Below are positions 55,600 through 64,000 of a DNA stretch of 64,000 nucleotides, piece by piece. The DNA comes from the human T2T-CHM13v2.0 reference genome, Homo sapiens. The stretch's first letter is position 1. Every line of letters begins with the position of its first letter. The position numbers were made by a program, and so were the translations under genes. The stretch lies in assembly GCF_009914755.1 (NCBI RefSeq), contig NC_060932.1; one strand, 5' to 3'. A model generated the notes under the pieces. The model was not told where the DNA came from. It made no database searches and saw only the letters and a program-made list of their open reading frames with translations.

Positions 55600-56340
55600 C
55601 GTTTTGGAGGGCTACTTGAAGCAGTGAACCTGAGAATTAAATCTAAGTTTTATATGCTAGAAAGAGAACTTAAAAAAAGGATAATTTATAAGTCCAAGAA
55701 AATAAAGTAAGGAAAATTAGATAATAGCGTTGTATGGCCAGTTAAAATTTAGTAGGGTCACTAAAGTGTCAAATGCAAAACCTTTACCTATGTAAATTCT
55801 AAAAATAAAGGTGAATCATTGGGGAAAACAGACAACTGAAAACAACAATAAACACTGTATAATATTTAAAACCTCACAATAAATATTCAGAATCTATATG
55901 AAGAAAAGTATGTAATGCTATGTAAGGGACAGTATAGGATGATAGAGAATAATACAGATATGTCTTACTTTTGAAGGAATACAATGTTATAACAGTGAAG
56001 AAAAATACTATAGAGATATCAAGTATCTCAAAGTCAATCTATATATTCAATGCAACTTCAATTAAAAAGCACACAGTGTTGCCTGAAGGTATTTAACAAA
56101 AATTGTAAAGTTCATAAGAATAAAAATAGAATCAGAAAATTATGAAAATGAAAGAAATGATTACATGATACAAGTGATAGAAGGTAAAACCCAACACATA
56201 GATATATGAAATTCTAGTCACAAAAATTAATATAATACTGGCACTGCAATGAATAGACAAAGGAGTCAAGAAATTAAGCAATATATGTATAAGAATATAC
56301 GAAAACACTTCAAATCGATAGGGAAAATACAGCATTAAAA
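55600..56340 (+). mobile_element. Old L1M ORF2 3'-region fragments
   Basis: A-rich; aatctatatgaagaaaa, caaagtcaatctatatattcaatgcaacttcaattaaaa, aattgtaaagttcata. Confidence 0.55.
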
Positions 56341-56354
56341 TATATTAGAAGAAT

Positions 56355-59300
56355 TCTGTTTCTGGGCAACAAACAACAATAAGGACTAGAAACACTTTCC
56401 TTCCTGAAACCATTAAAAACCAAACAATATCCATAAAACAACGGTTTCAGACATTGAACATTGAACAATATAAGACAATTTTCACTGAGATCAATTGAAG
56501 CAAGTCCTAAAATTGCCCCAGCTTAGTGCCTAGAAAAGGATTCAAGGACACAGTGCAGCAAGGGACAACCAAGATGGAGTTCAGATTATCTCCTGAGTTG
56601 AGAAGCTAGAGCTGGGAATTTAGGCGGTCACAGAAGCTAGAATTCACAGGACAAATTAGGAAAGAAGTGAGAGATCCCCAGAGAATTCCAGAGTTCTGCA
56701 AGGCAATTACCCTTAAGTCTTCATCTGAGTATTGATCAGTGCATGCAGGTGAGAAAACTACCTAAGGCTGAGGTGGAAGAAAAAGAACAAACAATCCCAA
56801 ATAACTCATAAAAGGCAGCAAATTTGCATTGCCATCAGCCAGAGTGGAAAACCTTATAATTCACTGGACATTGGGCAAAGTACTCACAGGGATATTGTAT
56901 CAGGATTCAGACAAAATTAGTTTTAGACTAAAGACTGATTTGATCTTGCACATAAAAGTTTAAAAGCAAAACTCAAGTGGCTCATGTTGTTTCTAACTAA
57001 TTTAACTGCATTTCAGTACAAAACTCAAGAATATTTCTAGAAATGCAAAAATATCCAGCACTTAGAAAGGCAATATTAAAAATGGTTAGTATTCAATAAA
57101 AATTATTAAGGATACCAAGAAATAGGAAAGTACAACCCACAATAAAGAGAAAATTCAACCAATAATGATGTAGTGAAAATGGAAATGTTATAGAATTCAT
57201 AGAAACAGACATAAATCTCTTATAACTATAGTTCACAAATACAAGGACATAGGGAAGAAACTGAGTATGTATGTCATCATGTAGATGCCATAAAAAGAGA
57301 CACTATGAATATAAAGAAAAAATAAAGAGCAGTGTAATGGTAAATATGAGGGTAAATATAAAATATATTTTTCTTCTTTTTAAATGTCTCTTAAGATAAT
57401 TGACCATCGATATGATTTGGATCTGTGTTCCCACCAAATCTTCTGTTGAATTGTGATCTCCAGTGTTGGAGGTGGGATCTGGTGGGAGGTGATTGGATCT
57501 TGGGGGTGGATTTCTCATGAATGGTTGGCACCATCCCCTTTGTGCTGTTCTTGTGACTAGTGAATGAATTCTTATGGAACTTGTTTGTTTAAAAGTGTGT
57601 GGCACCTCCCCCTACTCTCTGTTTCTCCTGCTTTGGCCATGAGACGTGTCTGCTTTCCCTTTATCTTCTGCCAAAATAGTAAGCTTCCTGAGGCCTCTCC
57701 AGAAACCAAGCAGATGCCAGCATCATGCTTCCTGTACAATCTGCAGAGCCATAATCCAATTAAACCTCTTTTCTTTATAAATTACACATTCTCAGGTATT
57801 TCTTTGTAGCAACATGATAATGGATTAATACAGAAAATTGGTACTGAGGAGGGTGGCATTGCTATAAAAATACTTGAAATGTGGAAGCGGCTTTGGAACT
57901 TGGCAACAGCGGAGGTTGGAAGAGTTTATAGGGCTCAGAAGAAGACAGAAAGATGAGGGAACTTTTGGAATGCTTAGAGACTTAAATTGTTGTAACCAAA
58001 ATGTAGATAGTGATATGGACAGTGAAGGCCAGGTTGAGGAGGTCTTAGATGGAAATGAGAAACTCCTTGGGAACTGGAACAAAGGTCACTTTTCTCATGC
58101 CTTAGCAAAGAATTTGGCTGCATTGTGCCCCTGCCCTAGGGATCTGTGAAATTCTGAAATTTCTAAGCAACAAAACATTCAAGAAATGGCCTGGCTGCTT
58201 CTAACAGCCTGTGCTCATATGTCTGAGCAAAGAAGTGATCTAAAGCTGGAACTTACATTTAGAGAAGCAGCAGAGAAAAAAAAGCTGGGAAAGTTTCCAG
58301 CCTGACTATGTGGTAGAAAAAAAAAAAAAAAGCCCATTTTTAGTTGGGGGAAATCCCCTGCAGAAATTTGCATAACTAAGAAGAAGGTAAGTGCTAATAG
58401 CAAAGACAATGGAGAAAAAGCCTTGAAGACATTTCAGAGGCCTTCATGGCAGCCCCTCCCATCACAGTTCCAGAGTTGTAGGAAGACTGAGTGGTTTCTT
58501 TGTGGGCCAGGTCCAGGGCCCTGCTGCCTTGCTCAACCTCAGGACGCTGCTCTTTGCATTTCAGCCACTCCAGCTCCAGCCATGTCTCAAAGGGGCTCAG
58601 GTACAGCTCAGGCTGCTCTTCTGGAGGGCAAAAGCTGTAAACCTTGGTGGCTTCCAGGTGGTGTTAAGCCTGCAGTTTCAAAGAATGCAAGAGCTGAGGC
58701 TTAGAAGCCTGTGCCTAGATTTCAGAGGATGTATGGAAAGCCTGGGTGGCCAAGCAGAAGCCTACTGCAGAGGCAGAGCCCTCATGGAGATCTCTACTTG
58801 AGCAGCTTGGAAGGAAAATGTGAGTTTGGAGCCCCCACACAGAGTCCCCCCTGGGGCACTGCCTAGTTGAGTTGTGAAGAAGGGGGCCACCATCCTACAG
58901 ATCCCAGAATGTTAGATCCACTGACAGCTTGCATTGTGTGTCTGGAAAAAAACACAGATACTCAATGCCAGCTCATGAGAGCCACCCTGGAGGCTGAACC
59001 CTGCAAAGCCATAGGAGTGGAGCTACCCAAGGCTTTGGGACTCCACTTCTCACACTAGTGTGTCCTGGATGTTGGACATGGACATGAAGTCAAGGAAGAT
59101 TATTCTGGAACCTTAAGATTTAATGATTTTTCTGTTTGGTTTTGAACTTGCATGGGGCCTGTAGCTCCTCTCTTTTGGCCAATTTCTGCCTTTTGGAATG
59201 GGAGTATTTACCCAATGCTTATAACCCTCTTGTATCCTGGGTGTAACTAGCTTGTTTTTTATTTACAGGCTCATAGGTGACAATGACTTGCCTTATCTCA

Positions 59301-59960
59301 GATGAGAATTTGGACTTTGGACTTTGGACTTTTGAGTTAATATTGGAGTGAGTTAAGACTTTAAGGGACTATTGGTAAGGCACAATTGTATTTTGCAATG
59401 TGAGAATGACATGAGATTAGGGAGCCAGAGCAGAATGATATGGTTTGGATCTGTGTCCCCACCAAATCTTCTGTTGAATCGTAATTCCCAGTGTTGGAGG
59501 TGGGACCTGGTGGGAGGTGATTGGATCTTGGGGGTGGATTTCTCATGAATGGTTTAGCACCATTCCCTTGGTGCTGTTCTCATGATTGCGAGTGAATTCT
59601 TGTGAGAGCTGATTGTTTAAAAGTGTGTAGCACCTCCCCCTTCACTCTCTAGCTCCTGCCCTGTAATACATGCTGGCTCCCCCTTTGTCTTCCACTGTGA
59701 TTGTAAACTTCCTGAAGCCTGCCCAGAAGCTGAGCAGATGAAAGCATCATGCTTCCTGTATAGCCTGTGAAACTGTGAGCCAATGAAACCTCTTTTCTTT
59801 ATAAATTACTGAGTCTCAGGTATTTCTTTATAGCAATGCAAGAATTCACTAATACAACCATTCAGGTTTGGGATTTTCAGCATATATTGAGAAGTAAAAT
59901 GTATGGTAACAATAGCACAGAAACCAAAAAGGGGACAATGGAAGATTACTTTTATATGAC
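56355..59960 (+). mobile_element. Old L1M (L1MD/M4-like) 5'-region fragment, interrupted by MSTA
   Basis: aaaacaacggtttcagacattgaac...; atggtaaatatgagggtaaatataaa...aagataattgac [MSTA] ...gaagtaaaatgtatggtaacaatagcaca continues across the insertion. Confidence 0.6.
57408..59856 (+). mobile_element. Complete MSTA MaLR element: 5' LTR 57408-57832, internal 57833-59435, 3' LTR 59436-59856
   Basis: Both LTRs read (t/c)gatatg(g/a)tttggatctgtg...ctcaggtatttcttt..taataca. The internal part starts gaaaattggtactgagg and ends in purine-rich gggagccagagcagaa. 5-bp TSD accat at 57403-57407 and 59857-59861. Confidence 0.96.
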
Positions 59961-61689
59961 TCATCTAATATACTTCCCATGGAAGTCAAGAGACTGCTCT
60001 TCCTACTCTGAACTACACTTGTCACCTAAGCTTGAAAGCATGACTGCTTGTTTTCACCGATTTCCTAAAATCCCTCCTAAATTGTACATGAAGTGTCTTT
60101 TGATGACATTTAGACATTAGTTCCCCAGCACAGACCAGAAGAACCTACATCATATAGTTGGTTGATCTCACAAGTTGCATTTTCTCTCTCAGGTTGTCCA
60201 TACTAACTGCTCCCTTTTTCTTCACACCAACCCTGTCATGTAAATCAACCCTGAAAAATTAATCTGATCACCACTTCACCGAATATATTATGATTATAAA
60301 TGAATTCCAGGTAAGATGGAGATGGGTCTTCTATTACAAAAAAAAAAAAAAAAATACTAATGAAGTCACTGAATCAACAGGGAAGTGATTTTTAGGTATA
60401 AAATAGAAAGTTCTTAACCCAGGTACCAAATTATCAGGTCATTAGTTGTACTTTCCTTTATACTGAAATTTCAAGTAACTTACCAATATTGAAAATGCAT
60501 TTGTGTTAACTCTCCCTTTGTCTTCTTGGTATGTTTGCCAAGACCTAAGACAAAGAATTTTTTTTTTCAATTGAAATTAAATGTACCTCTTTTAAATGCC
60601 TGGAAGATTGAAATGGAATTACATACCATGAAGGATTTTGAAATGGCTGACATAACTTGTAAATTTGATAAGCATTGTGCAGAATAGCGTTTCCTCTATA
60701 AACTTCTTCATTTGTCTTCTGGTTTCACATTTCACAGAGACTATTGATTCCTTCTGAGCAAAGTATAATGGACCTGTGAACAATCTGAGATCACTCCGTA
60801 GTTTCTTTTGGTATTACAACACTAAATCTGAAGAGCTTGTCTTCCATGCATGAATAAATGAAAAGAAAGAATATCATCAGGACTCAATGGAGAGTTTCCT
60901 TAATGCCAATTTATTCATGATATATAATACTTTAAAAATAATATCTGCTTTGATTTTTAAAATAAATAAGACAGTAAAATGGCTATATTAAGCAAGAGAG
61001 GACTACTTAAAATAACAAAATAGCATGGAAAAAAAGTACAATTAAATAAAATAAGTAATAAAAGCAATATAGAGTAGACTTTAAGAATGCAACCCATGAA
61101 TAATTTGTGGAAAAGACAACTAACAGGTATTCACATAATACAGAAAATCATGAAGAAGAGAACTAATTGAAAAGGATTATATAAATGAGGATAACCATAG
61201 AAATCTAACCTACAAATAATAAGTCTTCTCAAAGAAGGAAACAGAACTAATATAATAAATGAAATAATAGAAAATGTATTAAAGTTTTTCAAGTACTAAG
61301 ACTACTCAAAGGCTTATTATGATCTGGAAAAAAGTTCTGAAAGAAAATCCATACTTAGATATTACTTGAAAAAAATTGCTTGGATCACAAAAATAAAGAA
61401 AAAATAACTTATAAATATTTAGAAAGAAACATATAAAGGAAACATATTAGAAACATTAAGAAGTTAAAAATGTAAAACCTAAGAAAAATTTTATGAGTCA
61501 AACTTTCCTCAGCAGAGCACAAATAACAACAATTGCCTCAAATGCTTTTTGTGGCAAGATGGGTGGGTGAAAGCAAATAGATTATTAGAAAATATAGAAA
61601 CAATAGAGAATGTAAAATATAAAGCATTAAGCAGAATAGAGGATCTTTTATTTTACTAAAATATTCCATCATAGTAAGAAAAGAGGTGT

Positions 61690-62105
61690 CCTGCATTATT
61701 CATAAGTCACCTGCCATAACAAACCATTTCAGTGGTTTAACACAATAAACCTCCTTAATGTTGCACATCAATGCCAGGATACACTCCAAGGTACTAGGTG
61801 TTCTTTATTCTGGGAAGGCTTTTTCTACCATTTAGTTGCTCTGTTATCTTCTAGAGTCTTGCCATCCTCTACTGAATTTTCAAGATACAGACAATGCACA
61901 GTGAAGAGAAACTGTGAAAAATTATGAGAGAAATTTCAGAGATACATCGTAAGCTGGCATACATCAATTCCTTCTGCATTTCATTGGCCAGAGTCTGGTC
62001 ATCTGGCCTCACCAAAAGCAAGAACAGACGGGGAATATAGTTCATCATTGGCTTAGGAAGAAAAGGAGAAAACTGACACTAGTGAGCACAGCCTTCTTTG
62101 TTACA
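61690..62105 (-). mobile_element. Diverged MLT1 (J/K-like) LTR
   Basis: gccataacaaaccatttcagtggtttaacacaataaac...catttcattggccagagtctggtcatctggcc...aggaagaaaagga...tagtgagcac. Confidence 0.55.
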
Positions 62106-63429
62106 ATTGCTAAATATTTATATGTCAAAAATCACTATAAAAACTAAATATTAAATTTGAGGAAAAATTGTCAGAGGGCTGAAAGAATTATAATATTTAA
62201 TGTATGGTTATGTTAGAAAAGGAGTTAATTTTGACAAGTTATAATCAATTAAAATTCCAGAGATAGTAGATGTAGACTGTACTGTCTTCTGAAGTATGTA
62301 TGGAATGTTTACAAAAATAATCACATATTTTGCAGTGAAGAAAACTTCAATGGAAGAGAGTAGATGGGTTATAAGTCGACTTCATAAATTAATTCATTGA
62401 TTTTATGTAAATTGTTTACTTTGTGACAGTGATTCTTACAACTATGTATGAGTATAACCACATAGATAGGCACTTGAAGAAAACCTTGGAATATTAGAAA
62501 AGGCTTTCTATAAAATGTGACATCTGGAATTGATTAAGAACTCATAGGAATTTAATAATTCATATAATTAAGTTTATATCAGAAGTCAGTGAAAAATGAA
62601 GTGTTATTAAACAAACACATTGGTGTAGTATATTAGTAATTTGAGAAAAACATATATGTTTAAACAATTCTATTTAAAATAAGATCAATTTGATTAATAT
62701 AAAACATCAAATTTCTGACTAACAATAGAGTTTTCTAAATCAAGATGAAGAGAAATATACTGCAAGTTGGAAATGGAAGAAAAAATATCTAAATGAACAT
62801 GTAATATACATATTATTATTATTTTGAGTGAAAAAAGTAATTTTATTACAATGCAACCTAGAAAATATGTGTGCAGAAAATAATACTAAAATTATATAAA
62901 GAGTTAAGACAAATAAATATATCAGTATTAAAGAACAGAGGTGGAGAAATCACAAATATAAAGAAATATTTTAAAACTGAAAATGCTTACTTGCATCAAT
63001 ACTTAAAGATATCACAGGCAAGTTTTTTTGAGTATTAAATTAAACCCCTGAAATAATACATTGTGAATAAGATAAAATTAGAATTCCAACCCTGTATAAG
63101 AGTTTCTATAAATTGGTCCATATGTCTTCAAACTTACCAAAATATTCATATGTTTTCACATTTTTATTCTCCTTCTGATGTATTTTTGTATAAACCTAAA
63201 ATACTAGAAAAATAATTTCTGTAAAGAGTTGTTCATTAAAACATCACACACACACACACAAGTATATATGTGAAAAATGTAAGTTTTCTAATTGCTTTAT
63301 ATAGTAACATTTAACCTATTTTACATATACATTTCATACTTTTATGATACTAGTGAAACATTTTTAGGATGTAATAATTTAGAAATTGGCCATGACATTT
63401 TAACATTCAAAGAATAAACATAATTAAAA

Positions 63430-64000
63430 ATCATATGCATGTTGTAACTACAATTGCATTTAAAATGCAGATATGAAGGGTTTCTAAATAAAGGCAAAAA
63501 AGATTCAATCTTATAGAAAAATAAATTAGAGAAATAGACAATTCATAGGTAAAGAAATATGAATAGATTTAAACATGAAAATTGCTAAACCCCACTCATA
63601 AAATAGAAAAACAAATTAAATTGGCACTGAAAATCCATTTGTTATTTATCAAATTGAAAAAAGGGGTCTAGAACTATAATGTGTTGGTGAGGCTTTGAGA
63701 AAATGTGTAATATATTTTTATTTATAATATATATATAGAAAATTAGCTATATTTACAACTACATATATATTTACTCTTTGATCTAGCAGTTATACTTTAG
63801 GAATATATTTCAAACAAAATTGTGATAAAAATATAAAAGATATATGCATAACCTTACTTATTGCAACATTCCTTTAAGAAGAAAAGAAGGCAAGTGAAAT
63901 ATCCACTAAGTAAGAAACAGGTTGAATAAGAAAGTGGTTTAAAAACTACTATATACACAAAATGGAGTAGTGTGGATCTATCAGAAGCAACAAGGAATAT
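63430..64000 (+). mobile_element. Old L1M ORF2 end / 3' region fragment
   Basis: gtgttggtgaggctttgagaaa...ctttgatctagcagttatactttaggaatatatt...ttattgcaacatt...aaatatcca...atacacaaaatgga. A-rich L1-like sequence probably extends back to ~60900. Confidence 0.6.

Noticed and set aside
57303-59546. Several ORFs in the MSTA LTRs and internal region
   Set aside because: Fragmented MaLR sequence with no intact long ORF.

Overview
This is non-coding, AT-rich and CpG-poor simian primate (human-like) genomic DNA, either intergenic or deep in a large intron. I find no protein-coding gene, tRNA, rRNA or CRISPR array. The ORFs with recognisable products are L1 ORF2 and Tigger1 transposase remnants; the rest are repeat-derived or chance ORFs. 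The window is a layered mosaic of transposable elements: a 5'-inverted (twin-primed) L1PA, about a dozen Alu elements or monomers, a MER52 solo LTR, a near full-length Tigger1 and an MLT1E LTR (each interrupted by a THE1 LTR), a complete MSTA provirus, a MADE1 MITE, and MIR, L2, L3 and old L1 fragments. Structures not explained by these repeats include a ~146-bp spaced direct repeat rich in POU/homeobox motifs (45.4/46.1 kb), a 3 x ~39-bp minisatellite (34.4 kb), a ~395-bp GGAA/TTCC tract (42 kb) and a candidate non-coding exon (60.2 kb). I see no convincing evidence of a new biological system. Family calls come from recalled consensus sequences, not a database search.
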